Origin: Candidatus Poseidoniaceae archaeon
GTDB lineage: Archaea > Thermoplasmatota > Poseidoniia > Poseidoniales > Poseidoniaceae
Direction: 5' to 3'
Assembly: GCA_965662895.1 (NCBI GenBank)
Contig: CBFIJH010000011.1
Span: 9,920-73,919 of the forward strand
DNA: 64,000 nucleotides
This document shows, in pieces, positions 19,921-29,855 of this stretch. The first letter of the stretch is position 1. Each line of letters starts with the position of its first letter. Under the pieces are notes generated by a model. It was not told the origin of the DNA and searched no databases. It saw nothing but the letters and a program-made list of their open reading frames with translations. A program made the position numbers and the translations under genes.

Positions 19921-22900
19921 ATGTTTCTAAAAGCGTTGGAGATGGAAGATTTCAAATCATTTCGTGGCGAAGTCGTCATTCCTCTCGATCGTGGTTTTTC
20001 AGCAATTACTGGGCCAAACGGTTCAGGGAAGTCCAATTGTGGAGATGCCATTCAATTTGTTCTGGGGCCCAAATCAACGCGAACCATCCGTGCTCAGAAC
20101 ACAAAGCAACTCATTTTCAACGGTGCTGAAGGCTACAAACCTGCGCGTGGATGTGTTGTAACCCTCGTGTTTGGAAACCCCGTGTTGTCGAACGGTCGCC
20201 GAAGGCTTCCGATTGAGAACGATGAGGTTCGGATGACGAGAAAAATCCGTTTGACTGCTTCAGACAATGTTGTTTCAACATATTTACTCGATGGAGAAGA
20301 ATCATCGCAAAAATCGTTTCATCGGCTCCTGAATGCTGCGAACGCTCGCCCAGATGGGTACAACATTGTTCTCCAAGGCGACGTTACGGGTTTAGCACGA
20401 ATGACACCGATTGAGCGTCGAAAGGTTCTCGATGGTGTCGCGGGTGTCACGTCCTACGATGACGAACTTCGAAAAGCAAAGAAACAGAAGGACAGTGTTG
20501 ACTCTTATCTTGAACGGATTGGGATGCTCCAGGAGGAGCAGCAAGTACGCCTCAAGGAACTTGAGGAAGAACGGAAAGTCGCCATGAAGGCGCAATCCAT
20601 TACGGACGAACTCACCACCTCACGTTCACAACGCTACCAGGCCATGTTTGCGAGTTTAGGAATGGAATTGGAGCATCAAATTGCGGAACAATTACGCTTC
20701 GTTGAAGAGGCGACAGAACTTGAAGAGCAAGTCAAAAAGGGAAGCAAAAAATTGGTCGAACTTGATGACCGTATTGGAGATATACAGAAACAAATCGATG
20801 CCTTGCTTGGTGATGAAGGTGATGGCCTTTCAAAGGCAATTCATGATTTACGTGTCCAACTTGACCGCGATAAAGATCGAATTGAAGATGCCATCCAAGC
20901 CAATGTTGAGGACGAGCAAGAACGTGGGCATGTCCTTGAGCGATATCAAGAGGCTGAAGCGGCTCTCGCAGCTCTTCTTGAGGAAGCAAAAACCAGTCAG
21001 AGTCAAATGGAAGAAGCAGAGAAAATGCTTGAGGCCGCTCAGGTCGAAGAAGAAAAAGTCCGAGCACTACTCGAAGGTTCTGGCAAGAATCATGCTGAAC
21101 TCAATCGAGCATTAAGCGCTGCAATTGAACAACTTGAGAAAGCGAATCAAGCAGTCGCATCAGCACAATCGGATGTTGATCGGACTGCAGCGCAAGCAGA
21201 ACTTATCGAGGCGAATCTTGCAAAAGCACAGGAGACCGCTGAAGAGTCTCGACTTGAACTTGAAGAAAAAGAGGCCGAACTCAAAGAATTAACAGGAGGT
21301 AAGAAAGTCGACCGTTCATCGCTTGCAAAGAACATTCTCGAAGCGGAGCGTGCTGAATCCCGTCTCCTCGAAGAAGCGGGCGCAGTCGAACGAAAGATGA
21401 CGGAAACCGAAAGAAAACTACGTACAGCCCGAGCAGAATTGGAGAACAAATCGAATGCACGAGGCATGGCTGGTGGTGCAGCAGCAATTCTTGGTGCTCG
21501 AGATCGAGGCGAGCTGAAAGGCATTATTGGTACGATTGCTGAATTATGTGCTCCAATCGATGCCGAGCACGAAACTGCGTTAGCAACCGCATTCGGCGGT
21601 GCGATGACTTCGGTTGTCGTCGATTCTGACGAAGTTGCAGCCGAGGCAATACGGTGGCTTGCTCAAAGAAAGGCAGGACGTGCAACGTTTTTGCCACTGA
21701 ATAAACTCTCGACCAGCAGAGCAGGCGGCAAAGCGATGATGGTTGCTCGCAAGCCAGGCGTTATCGGATTTGCTTACGAATTACTCGAATACGACCCTCG
21801 AATCGATACCGCAATAAAATTCGCATTGCGCAACACGCTCATCGTCCAAAACATGGACATTGCCCGGCAAAACATGGGTGGTGTACGTCTTGTGACAATG
21901 CGTGGTGACGTTACAGAAGCTGGAGGCGCCATGGTCGGTGGTTCGAGGCTGAGAATGTCGGTCAGTTTTGGCGGTGGTATTGCCGGAGCCAAAGAGGTCG
22001 AACGATTGAGCTCGGAAATCGAGCGATTGCGCCTTATTTCAGATACGGTCTCTGCTGCATTAGCAGATGTCCGTAAAGAACAACAAACATTGCGTCAGCA
22101 AATCAATGAACTTGCAAACGAAGAAGGTGCCTTACGCAGAGAAACTTTGCGTGCCGAGGTTTCAACATTCAAGAAAGCACATTCGAAAAACATCGGCGTG
22201 GTTGAAACTCTGAAAGGAGATCTTCGTCGATTGGAAACATTGGCAAGTGCACAACTCGAATCGCTTGACGATGCTGAATCAAAAGTTGCCGATGCCGTTA
22301 TTGTTCGAACAAATGCGCAGACCGCTCTCGAAGATGCCAGCCCTCAACATCTCAAAGATCGCTTGCATGAGTGTACGGTTCAACGAACCCAAGCAGAAGG
22401 TATTCGTTCCAATGCTGAGGTTTCTCTCCGCTCAATTTCGGAACGCAAGAATCTACTTACTTCGACGGTAGGTGGCGAAAAGGATCGCTTAAACCAAATT
22501 GATGTTGCTGTTTCACAACGGGCAGAGCAAGCCAATAAACTCAAGCAAAGTGTGACTGAAAACGAAGCAATTCTTGCGGAAAAGGAAGCAGAGCGTGCTC
22601 AATTCCTCGAGGAGAACAAAGGTCTTGAGGACGAACGAATTGAACTTGTTGAAGAACGCGTAAGCCTTAACTCGACAATTACCCAAAAGGCAAATCAGGC
22701 TCGAAGTCATCGAAACCTGTCAACAGAACTCGAGCGAACGATTCAAGCGAAGCGCAAGGAACTTTACGATGTCGAAATGGAGATGGAGGCAATCGGAATT
22801 CAACCTGCTGAAGACGGAGTTGCACTTGATTCAGTTGCAGAAATCGATCGAAGAATTCGCCGTCTTGAACGACGTTTGGAGGACTTTGGAGCAGTCAACA

Positions 22901-23790
22901 TGCGAGCGATTGAGCAATACGATGCTGTTGAGCAGCGTTTGGAGGAAATGGAGGGCGACTTCAAGAAATTACAAGATCGAAAGAAGCATCTGGTTGATGT
23001 CGCTGAACGACTTGAAGAACAACGAAAGGTTAGGTTGATTCATGTCCTTGAGAAGGTGAATGAGAACTTCAAAAAGGTCTACAAATCTTTGAGTAACGGT
23101 GGCCGAGGTGAACTATACCTCGAAAACGAGGAAGAACCATTCAAGGGTGGCCTCGAGTTGTGGGCTCAACCAAAAGGTAAGTCGTCAAATGTTACTCGAC
23201 ATCAACTCTCTGGTGGTGAGCAATCCGTCGCTGCTCTTGCTCTGATTTTTGCAATTCAGGATTACGACCCAAGCCCATTTTACTACTTTGACGAAGTCGA
23301 CCAAAATCTCGACAGTGTAAACGCAGAGTGTATTGCAAAGATGTGTCGAGAGCGAAGTAAAGCGGCTCAATTCATCATGGTCACTCTTCGAAAGGTTTCC
23401 TTGCAACTTGCCGATCACCACATTGGAATTACACACGGTGGCGATGGATGCAGTCGTCGAATCATTGACTTCGATCAGGAACAAGCAATCGCACTTGGTG
23501 AACAAGCACTCAAAGAAGCAGAATCAGCAGTTGCCAAGAATACTCAGCGGGCAAAGGAAGAACGAGAAACGCTTGCAGAGATGCCTCGAGTACCGGATGC
23601 GCTCCCTGCACCGCAAAGCCTGGGCGGTCTGCTCAAGCATATGGACGATGACCAAAGTCTTGCTTCCCTCGCTGAGCGAACCGCAGAAACCAATGAAGAT
23701 ATTGAAGAACGAGCATCGCTTGTTGAATCTATTTCTGAAATAGAGTCAAAAGAAGTCATGGCCGAAGAACAAGTGGAACTTGAAGATTGA
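19921..23790 (+). CDS. smc: Chromosome segregation protein SMC
   Basis: GPNGSGKSN, long coiled coils, hinge GRATFLPLNK, LSGGEQS, FDEVD. Confidence 0.97.
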   Translation: MFLKALEMEDFKSFRGEVVIPLDRGFSAITGPNGSGKSNCGDAIQFVLGPKSTRTIRAQNTKQLIFNGAEGYKPARGCVVTLVFGNPVLSNGRRRLPIENDEVRMTRKIRLTASDNVVSTYLLDGEESSQKSFHRLLNAANARPDGYNIVLQGDVTGLARMTPIERRKVLDGVAGVTSYDDELRKAKKQKDSVDSYLERIGMLQEEQQVRLKELEEERKVAMKAQSITDELTTSRSQRYQAMFASLGMELEHQIAEQLRFVEEATELEEQVKKGSKKLVELDDRIGDIQKQIDALLGDEGDGLSKAIHDLRVQLDRDKDRIEDAIQANVEDEQERGHVLERYQEAEAALAALLEEAKTSQSQMEEAEKMLEAAQVEEEKVRALLEGSGKNHAELNRALSAAIEQLEKANQAVASAQSDVDRTAAQAELIEANLAKAQETAEESRLELEEKEAELKELTGGKKVDRSSLAKNILEAERAESRLLEEAGAVERKMTETERKLRTARAELENKSNARGMAGGAAAILGARDRGELKGIIGTIAELCAPIDAEHETALATAFGGAMTSVVVDSDEVAAEAIRWLAQRKAGRATFLPLNKLSTSRAGGKAMMVARKPGVIGFAYELLEYDPRIDTAIKFALRNTLIVQNMDIARQNMGGVRLVTMRGDVTEAGGAMVGGSRLRMSVSFGGGIAGAKEVERLSSEIERLRLISDTVSAALADVRKEQQTLRQQINELANEEGALRRETLRAEVSTFKKAHSKNIGVVETLKGDLRRLETLASAQLESLDDAESKVADAVIVRTNAQTALEDASPQHLKDRLHECTVQRTQAEGIRSNAEVSLRSISERKNLLTSTVGGEKDRLNQIDVAVSQRAEQANKLKQSVTENEAILAEKEAERAQFLEENKGLEDERIELVEERVSLNSTITQKANQARSHRNLSTELERTIQAKRKELYDVEMEMEAIGIQPAEDGVALDSVAEIDRRIRRLERRLEDFGAVNMRAIEQYDAVEQRLEEMEGDFKKLQDRKKHLVDVAERLEEQRKVRLIHVLEKVNENFKKVYKSLSNGGRGELYLENEEEPFKGGLELWAQPKGKSSNVTRHQLSGGEQSVAALALIFAIQDYDPSPFYYFDEVDQNLDSVNAECIAKMCRERSKAAQFIMVTLRKVSLQLADHHIGITHGGDGCSRRIIDFDQEQAIALGEQALKEAESAVAKNTQRAKEERETLAEMPRVPDALPAPQSLGGLLKHMDDDQSLASLAERTAETNEDIEERASLVESISEIESKEVMAEEQVELED

Positions 23791-23800
23791 GGTGAGATGG

Positions 23801-24973
23801 ATGGTTCAGCAAGGGCTCGATCAGTGGTTTTTGCGGCAAGACGTAATCGACCAACTTCTGCAAAGCGGGGACGATGATCTTGAAGGAATCAACGCTTATG
23901 CGGACCGAATCTTGATGATTGCTCAAACCGAAGAAGCAGAGCATCAAACGCTCGAAGATCCGTTCGATCGGAGTGTTGCTCTGGTCCTCTCGTTGGTTAA
24001 CAGTGAAGGTTTAGACGCATGGAACATCGATTTGACCTCCTTTTTACGGCAATTCATGAAACGGGTCAAGTCGCAAGCCAATCGTTTGGATTTGCCTGCA
24101 TGTGGACGCTTGATTCGGATGGCTTGGGAGGTTCTGCATTACCAAGCGGCTCATCTCTTTGATCGAATTCAATATCAAGATGCAGACGATGATTGGGATG
24201 CAAGCCTGGATTTTGGATGGGAGGCTGAGTACGATGACCATGAATTCCATTTCACCAATACAATCCTGCAAGGGGATGCTGACGAAGTTCTCGAGGATCT
24301 TTTTGATGAACGTGTTCGTCGTGATGAAGGACGTCCAGTGACGCTTGGTGAGTTGCTTTCCGCCCTCAAAGATGCAGCAGAAGATGCTGACGCCCTCAAA
24401 CTGCGAGAAAAGAATCGAATCGCTCATGCGATTGAAGTTGAAGAAATGGTCTCAAATGTAGGGGGGCGTATGCACAATGAAGATCTCGATGGTGACATTG
24501 AGCGATGTTGGAACGCATTACGCGAAACAACCCAAAAGATGAGTGTCAACAATGTTCCTTTGAAATCTGTCATTCAATCCCTCGTACCGATACTCGAAGC
24601 AACCTTTGGGGTTGTTCCAGAAGGTTATGATGACGACGCTCGGGTGAGTTCCTTCATTGCTGGCTTGTTCTTGACACACAAGGGTATGGCTTCCATTACC
24701 CAAGGCAATGAACTTGATGATGTGATTATGATTGAGGATTTGTGGCCGCATCTCGCAACGTTTGAAGAGGTTCTTGAAGCGACGTTGGAGGTAGAACGAG
24801 AAGCTCAGGTCGCTCGAGAGGATTCCAAAACAGGTTCAGTTTTGCACGCCGAGAGGCTCTTGGAGCGTGCAGAGAAGGCTCGCAAGGCTGAAGAAAAAGC
24901 CAAAATGAAGCTTGAAAAGGAACAACAGAAGGTTTCCGAAGAATTGGATGCCCATGAGTGGTTGGTAGAGTAG
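23801..24973 (+). CDS. scpA: Kleisin ScpA
   Basis: LDAWNIDL, RPVTLGELLSALK; between smc and scpB; GAGGTGA RBS. Confidence 0.85.
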   Translation: MVQQGLDQWFLRQDVIDQLLQSGDDDLEGINAYADRILMIAQTEEAEHQTLEDPFDRSVALVLSLVNSEGLDAWNIDLTSFLRQFMKRVKSQANRLDLPACGRLIRMAWEVLHYQAAHLFDRIQYQDADDDWDASLDFGWEAEYDDHEFHFTNTILQGDADEVLEDLFDERVRRDEGRPVTLGELLSALKDAAEDADALKLREKNRIAHAIEVEEMVSNVGGRMHNEDLDGDIERCWNALRETTQKMSVNNVPLKSVIQSLVPILEATFGVVPEGYDDDARVSSFIAGLFLTHKGMASITQGNELDDVIMIEDLWPHLATFEEVLEATLEVEREAQVAREDSKTGSVLHAERLLERAEKARKAEEKAKMKLEKEQQKVSEELDAHEWLVE

Positions 24974-24981
24974 GTGATGAA

Positions 24982-25578
24982 ATGTCTGAATTAGCCTTAG
25001 AAACACTTCTTGAAGCAACACTTTTTGGTTCTGGGAAGTCACTCTCTGTCAAAGATCTTTCAGAAGCCTTGGGTTATGAGGAGGATGAAGTCTCTGAAGC
25101 CCTTCTTTCACTCCAAGGTACGTTGAAACGTCGAAGAGGTGGCGCACTTCGTATTGTTGAGATTGGAGGCAAGTGGGCAATGGAGGTTCATTCGGGTGTT
25201 GCTGAACACCTACCAAAAGAAACCAAGACTGAAATGCCCAAAAAATTGCTGAAAGCAGCGGCATTAATCGCCTACCATCAACCAATGCCACAATCGAGGC
25301 TTGTCGAATTGCTCGGGCAGAAAGCCTACGATTACGTCCGTGAACTTTCTCAATATGGAATGATCATGCGACGCCGTGACGGAAATACGCGACGCTTGAC
25401 GACCACCCGCCGATTCTCCGAAGCATTTGGATGCCCACACACCGACTTGCGTAAAGTTCGGAAATGGTTCAGGGAGCAAGTTACTGAAGCGGGATTGTTC
25501 GATGGAATGGAATCTGAGGCGTTGAAAGATGTTGGTGAGGATGGGCTTATACAGTCGACGTTACCACTTGAAGAGTGA
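24982..25578 (+). CDS. scpB: ScpB (KITE subunit)
   Basis: LEATLF, ALIAYHQP, TTRRFSEAFG. Confidence 0.92.
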   Translation: MSELALETLLEATLFGSGKSLSVKDLSEALGYEEDEVSEALLSLQGTLKRRRGGALRIVEIGGKWAMEVHSGVAEHLPKETKTEMPKKLLKAAALIAYHQPMPQSRLVELLGQKAYDYVRELSQYGMIMRRRDGNTRRLTTTRRFSEAFGCPHTDLRKVRKWFREQVTEAGLFDGMESEALKDVGEDGLIQSTLPLEE

Positions 25579-26874
25579 TTATCTCCGCAAATCCTTGAGA
25601 ATTTCTACGACTCTTGTCTGCGTTTTTGGTCCTTCTTCGGAGATCAGTAGTTGAGCAACCTGTTCGATTTCTTCTCCTGTAGCGCCTGCACTCACTGCCA
25701 TGTTTTTCGCATGCAAGCGCATGTGTCCTTTTTGAATTCCACTCGTTGCTAGGGCGCGAAGCGCTCCAAGATTTTGTGCAAGTCCTGCTGCAGCCATGAC
25801 GGATGCAAGCTCTTGTGCGGACTCAACACCCAGAATCTCCAAATTTGCACGTGCTACTGGATGGACTTTTGATGCACCTCCAACGATGCCGACAGCCATT
25901 GGAGTTTCGATGGTTCCAACTAAATTTCCCTCCGCATCTGATTCCCAGTTGGTCATCGAGCCATACTTTCCTTGGCTATATGCAGCATACGCATGGCAAC
26001 CCGCTTCGACAGCTCGCCAGTCTTGTCCACACGCTACTGCGACCGCAGAAATTCCGTTCATGACGCCCTTGTTGTGTGTTGCAGCACGATACGGGTCTGC
26101 CATGGCAAAGTGATGCGCCTCGAGTATTCTCTGAATAATTTCCTCTCCGTCGGCTCGATCGCCTGTATTGCTGATTTCTTCAGGAGTAAACGTACCCGAT
26201 ACCCGAGCGAGACGTTGTGTGGCTAAGTTCGAGAGGATTCTCAACAATGAACGCCCATGTGTGATTCTTTCAAGTTCTGGAGCGAGGAGTTCAGCCATTG
26301 TGTTCACTGCATTTGCACCCATTGCATCTCTGCAATCAACGTGAATATGAACGATCAGCATTGGCCCAGATAGTGTCTCTATTGGGTGAGTTGTTATGTT
26401 CTTACATCCTCCTCCGAGGCGAATCATGGTGGAAGGTAAACTGTTTGCTAAGGCCATTAAGTCGTTTTTGTTTTCTTCGATGGCCTGAACTGCTTCCGCA
26501 TGGTTGGCGATGTCGAGAAGTTGAATCTGAGCAATCATGATTGGTTTGTCGTTGTTCGAGAAAAAGCCGCCGTGATTATGACAACGTTTTGCCATGTTCG
26601 AGGCTGCAGCCACAACACTCGACTCTTCAAGGCAAAATGGGACGACGTAATGCTTTCCGTCAAGTATGAAGTTGGTTGCAACTCCAACAGGAAGTGACAT
26701 GGTTCCGATGACGTTTTCAATCATACGATCTGCAGCAGATTCCTCCAAATCGCCAGATGCAGCCAAGGCAGCAACCTGGTCATCGTTGAGATTCGCAAGC
26801 CGGGCGATAGTTTCTCGACGTTGGTGAACATCGAGTTTGTAGAATCCTTTGAGACGGCTGTTGTCGACCGGCAT
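25579..26874 (-). CDS. hmgA: Class II (bacterial-type) HMG-CoA reductase
   Basis: ENVIG, EESSVVAAAS, DAMGANAVNT, RAATHNKG, GIQKGHMRLHA. Confidence 0.95.
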   Translation of the reverse strand: MPVDNSRLKGFYKLDVHQRRETIARLANLNDDQVAALAASGDLEESAADRMIENVIGTMSLPVGVATNFILDGKHYVVPFCLEESSVVAAASNMAKRCHNHGGFFSNNDKPIMIAQIQLLDIANHAEAVQAIEENKNDLMALANSLPSTMIRLGGGCKNITTHPIETLSGPMLIVHIHVDCRDAMGANAVNTMAELLAPELERITHGRSLLRILSNLATQRLARVSGTFTPEEISNTGDRADGEEIIQRILEAHHFAMADPYRAATHNKGVMNGISAVAVACGQDWRAVEAGCHAYAAYSQGKYGSMTNWESDAEGNLVGTIETPMAVGIVGGASKVHPVARANLEILGVESAQELASVMAAAGLAQNLGALRALATSGIQKGHMRLHAKNMAVSAGATGEEIEQVAQLLISEEGPKTQTRVVEILKDLRR

Positions 26875-26900
26875 ACGTTCTCCTCAAGTGTGGCTAGTTG

Positions 26901-26921
26901 GATTGGTTCCATGAACCAATC
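26901..26921. promoter_or_regulatory. Perfect 9-bp inverted repeat GATTGGTTC-cat-GAACCAATC upstream of hmgA
   Basis: Read directly from the sequence; 27-47 bp upstream of the hmgA ATG. Confidence 0.55.
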
Positions 26922-26930
26922 GGAAGAAAC

Positions 26931-27031
26931 TAACGGGTTTAACGCTTCAATTAACGCGTTACATTTGCGTTAAACATCCGTTAATTTGATTGATGCCTGG
27001 TTTACGGTGTTTTGATTAACGTCTCATAACA
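26931..27031. repeat. Phased symmetric array of TAACG/CGTTA motifs in a divergent intergenic region
   Basis: TAACG at 26931, 26940, 26952; CGTTA at 26957, 26968, 26979; TTACG 27002, TAACG 27017, TAACA 27027. Confidence 0.7.
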
Positions 27032-27090
27032 GGTTTGTCAAACACCTTTTGTTCGTGAAACATCATATACTTCCTCAAAGTTCTGCCCTT

Positions 27091-28806
27091 ATGCGTGGGG
27101 ACACAGTTGATTTTGGTTTTCCTTCAATGAGTGAAGATCCCTTTTCCTCTAGTCCCCTCGATAAAGATGAATTTGATTTGCTGGTTGGACGGCACGCAAT
27201 GTTTGAAGAGCTTGAGAGGAAGATATCGTTCAAATCTGCAGACAGAATTCTGATTGTGGGTGAGTTCGGATCCGGAAAAACTTCCTTTATGCAGTGCTTA
27301 GGTGAGCGGACAAACCTGCATCTGAGCATCGATAGGATTGCATTTTCAGAACCCGGTGTTGAATTGCTCAAAGATATGTATGCGCAATTGATCGACGGCT
27401 CGCCCCCTCACGATTATCAAAAATTGAGTCGAGATTTGCATCGTATGATTCACGACTCGAGACAAATGCTTCCACTGATTACAATTGATGCTGACATGAC
27501 AGATGTCTCTTCTTTGGAAGCATGCCTTCGTTCTTCACTGCACTTCTTTGAGCGCTTACCTGCACTGATTATTATCGCTATCAACCCGCGGCAACAGTCC
27601 CTCCTATCTGAACAATTGTTGCAGCGGTTTGAGTTACGCACAATGCCGAGTTTGGATATTGATGGGATCAAGGCATTAGTCGAGCGAAGAATCGCTAAAG
27701 TATCTGCACAACCCTACAAAATGTCGACCGATGATGCAACAAAACTGCTTCAATTAAGCAAGACCGGTCAGCCTGGTGCACTCATTAAGATTCTTCGAAA
27801 CGTTGTTTCTGGGAATTATGACAAACAATCCTCCTCATTGCCCTTACAACCCGAACCATTCGAACCTGAGGTAGAACAATTTCAATCCCCTTTACCGTCG
27901 CTTGCCGAAGATGATATTGAATCAGATTTGGATGTTGAGATGGATGAAACCCTCGATGAGGTGAACCAAGTGCCATGGGAAGAAACACCTGGAATGACCG
28001 AGGCGACAGGTTTTGACCTAGATTTTGAGCTTCTTGATGAGCCTGTTGAAGAACCAGTTGAAACACAAGAAGAGCCATCGTTTGAATCGAATGAAGCAAT
28101 GAGTGACGATGATTCCTATGTGACGCAGGACAGCCTACCGTTTGCAGGTGTTTTTGGTGGGCTGAGAGGTCGTGGAAAAATCGTCAACAACGAACTGGAT
28201 TCAACCCCTGAAGGTCAATTCAAGGCAACTGAAAAAGGGACGGCGTTCTGGTCGGCTGAAGAAGCGCTGGCAATTCCTGATGTTGAGGTCGTCGAAGAAG
28301 ATGAACCTCACATTGGAGAGGAATTTGAACCTGAAACTCAGAGGAGACTCGATCCTGAAGACTTGCAAGGACTGCAACCGCCAATCGATGCTTCAATTGA
28401 TACAAACGCAGTTGAGACCTTGTCACATCTTTTGGCTCAAATTCTCCAGCCCACAAAACATGGTGTCACAGGAAGCCAAGAACTCGTTGAACAACTCCGC
28501 GCACTATCAAGACCACGATTTACTCAAAAGGAAGAGCATACTCTGAGCATTGCTGTTTTGAGTTCCCTCACATCATCAGAATCGGTTGTGGTTGCAGAAG
28601 CCAAAAACCGAAACATCTCACCTTCAGACAAGGCGCTACTGGGACAGTTGTCGATAAAACGATCACGCCTTTCCCAAATTTGCAATCGTCTGCACAAAGC
28701 AGGAATCCTTCATGCCCGCATGGTCGGTCGTTCGCGAATGTTTGGTCTGACAAGGAGCGCCCTCGCCCAGTTGATTGCATGGGGCATCATTGGAGGTGAT
28801 GAATGA
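27091..28806 (+). CDS. AAA+/P-loop ATPase with long acidic linker and C-terminal winged helix-turn-helix
   Basis: Walker A GEFGSGKTS, atypical Walker B LITIDAD, LLQRF; E/D/P-rich middle region; IKRSRLSQICNRLHKAGILHARMVGRSRMFGL wHTH. Confidence 0.75.
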   Translation: MRGDTVDFGFPSMSEDPFSSSPLDKDEFDLLVGRHAMFEELERKISFKSADRILIVGEFGSGKTSFMQCLGERTNLHLSIDRIAFSEPGVELLKDMYAQLIDGSPPHDYQKLSRDLHRMIHDSRQMLPLITIDADMTDVSSLEACLRSSLHFFERLPALIIIAINPRQQSLLSEQLLQRFELRTMPSLDIDGIKALVERRIAKVSAQPYKMSTDDATKLLQLSKTGQPGALIKILRNVVSGNYDKQSSSLPLQPEPFEPEVEQFQSPLPSLAEDDIESDLDVEMDETLDEVNQVPWEETPGMTEATGFDLDFELLDEPVEEPVETQEEPSFESNEAMSDDDSYVTQDSLPFAGVFGGLRGRGKIVNNELDSTPEGQFKATEKGTAFWSAEEALAIPDVEVVEEDEPHIGEEFEPETQRRLDPEDLQGLQPPIDASIDTNAVETLSHLLAQILQPTKHGVTGSQELVEQLRALSRPRFTQKEEHTLSIAVLSSLTSSESVVVAEAKNRNISPSDKALLGQLSIKRSRLSQICNRLHKAGILHARMVGRSRMFGLTRSALAQLIAWGIIGGDE

Positions 28807-29855
28807 TGACATGGTCTGTGAGTTGGTCGTGGCAGTCACCCTCAAGAATCAGTGCAATAGAATCTGTAAGTGAACATTTTTGTGTGGCGTATGGGCTTGA
28901 ACTGGCTCTCTTCAATGAATCAAATGAACTTCAATGGGAACGAAGTATGCCGTTCAAAGTTCATTCCATATGCAGCGCAGATGGCCAAATCGGGGTGCTT
29001 GCTGCACATGCGTTCTATCTACTGAATACTGTTGATGGATCAATGGTCCATGAGGGCAGGTCAAGTCCAGGAGGATTTACGCATCTATTGAATCGTCCAG
29101 GTGGTGGATGGGTTTTGGCTGGCCGTGATGGTAATTTGCATCTTTTTGATGCGAGCGGAATTGGAATACGTCGCATTCAATCCGGTAATGTACGTCGCTT
29201 GATTGGATGGCTGGACCGTGAGCACTTGCTTTGGCAAGATGCCAGTGGTGTCGTTTATTGTGGTCAAATTGCTCAACAAGACAAACGAAGAGTCGTTGAT
29301 TCCACGGTATGGAGTTGGGTTTCTCAACTTACTGATGGACGTATACTGTTGCAATCAGCAGACGGACAACTTTGGGATGGTATTCCTCACCCGTATGGTT
29401 GGGATTCACTCGAACGAATTGAGATTGAATCGCTGGAACCGCTTGTTGCCACCCGGGTCGGAGACGGCTGGTGGGTTTTGGGTATTGAGGGGCATCTCGA
29501 TCATATGAGTTCAGGCGGCGAAGATGCACGAATTGGTGAAGGAATGGATCTCGGTGATCTTTTGATTCGACTCGGGACAAATTCGATGATAACCTGTCGT
29601 CGTGATGGACTGATTCGAAGATGGGTCGCACCCCATCTTGCTGAACAACAACGTCGTCACCGACAGAGAGAGGCTGCAGATGCAAAACTTGCACGATCTT
29701 GGGACGAACGTCGCCAACTCTTCCAACGAGCCCTTGCTGCAGAAGACGAAGGACGATTGTCCAGAGCTGTTGAACTCTATGAGGCGTTGGGCAGAAAGGA
29801 GGATGTCCAGCGACTTCTTCGAAGGCAAAAAGGAGGTGATTCAACTGAATCCTAA
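28803..29855 (+). CDS. Beta-propeller-like (WD40/PQQ-type) protein with C-terminal TPR-like helices
   Basis: Trp-rich repeats (AGRDGNLHLFD, CRRDGLIRRW); AEDEGRLSRAVELYEALGR; 4-bp overlap with the upstream gene. Confidence 0.6.
   Translation: MMTWSVSWSWQSPSRISAIESVSEHFCVAYGLELALFNESNELQWERSMPFKVHSICSADGQIGVLAAHAFYLLNTVDGSMVHEGRSSPGGFTHLLNRPGGGWVLAGRDGNLHLFDASGIGIRRIQSGNVRRLIGWLDREHLLWQDASGVVYCGQIAQQDKRRVVDSTVWSWVSQLTDGRILLQSADGQLWDGIPHPYGWDSLERIEIESLEPLVATRVGDGWWVLGIEGHLDHMSSGGEDARIGEGMDLGDLLIRLGTNSMITCRRDGLIRRWVAPHLAEQQRRHRQREAADAKLARSWDERRQLFQRALAAEDEGRLSRAVELYEALGRKEDVQRLLRRQKGGDSTES

Noticed and set aside
19921-25578. smc-scpA-scpB considered as a Wadjet/MksBEF defence system
   Set aside because: Canonical hinge-containing SMC with ScpA/ScpB and no JetD/Toprim nuclease; housekeeping condensin.
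25579-26874. Bacterial-type HMG-CoA reductase (and gyrase) as novel horizontal transfers
   Set aside because: Already established for Thermoplasmatota and several other euryarchaeal groups.
26931-27031. Repeat array considered as a CRISPR array
   Set aside because: Units are 5-6 bp with roughly 11-bp period; no repeat-spacer structure and no cas genes.
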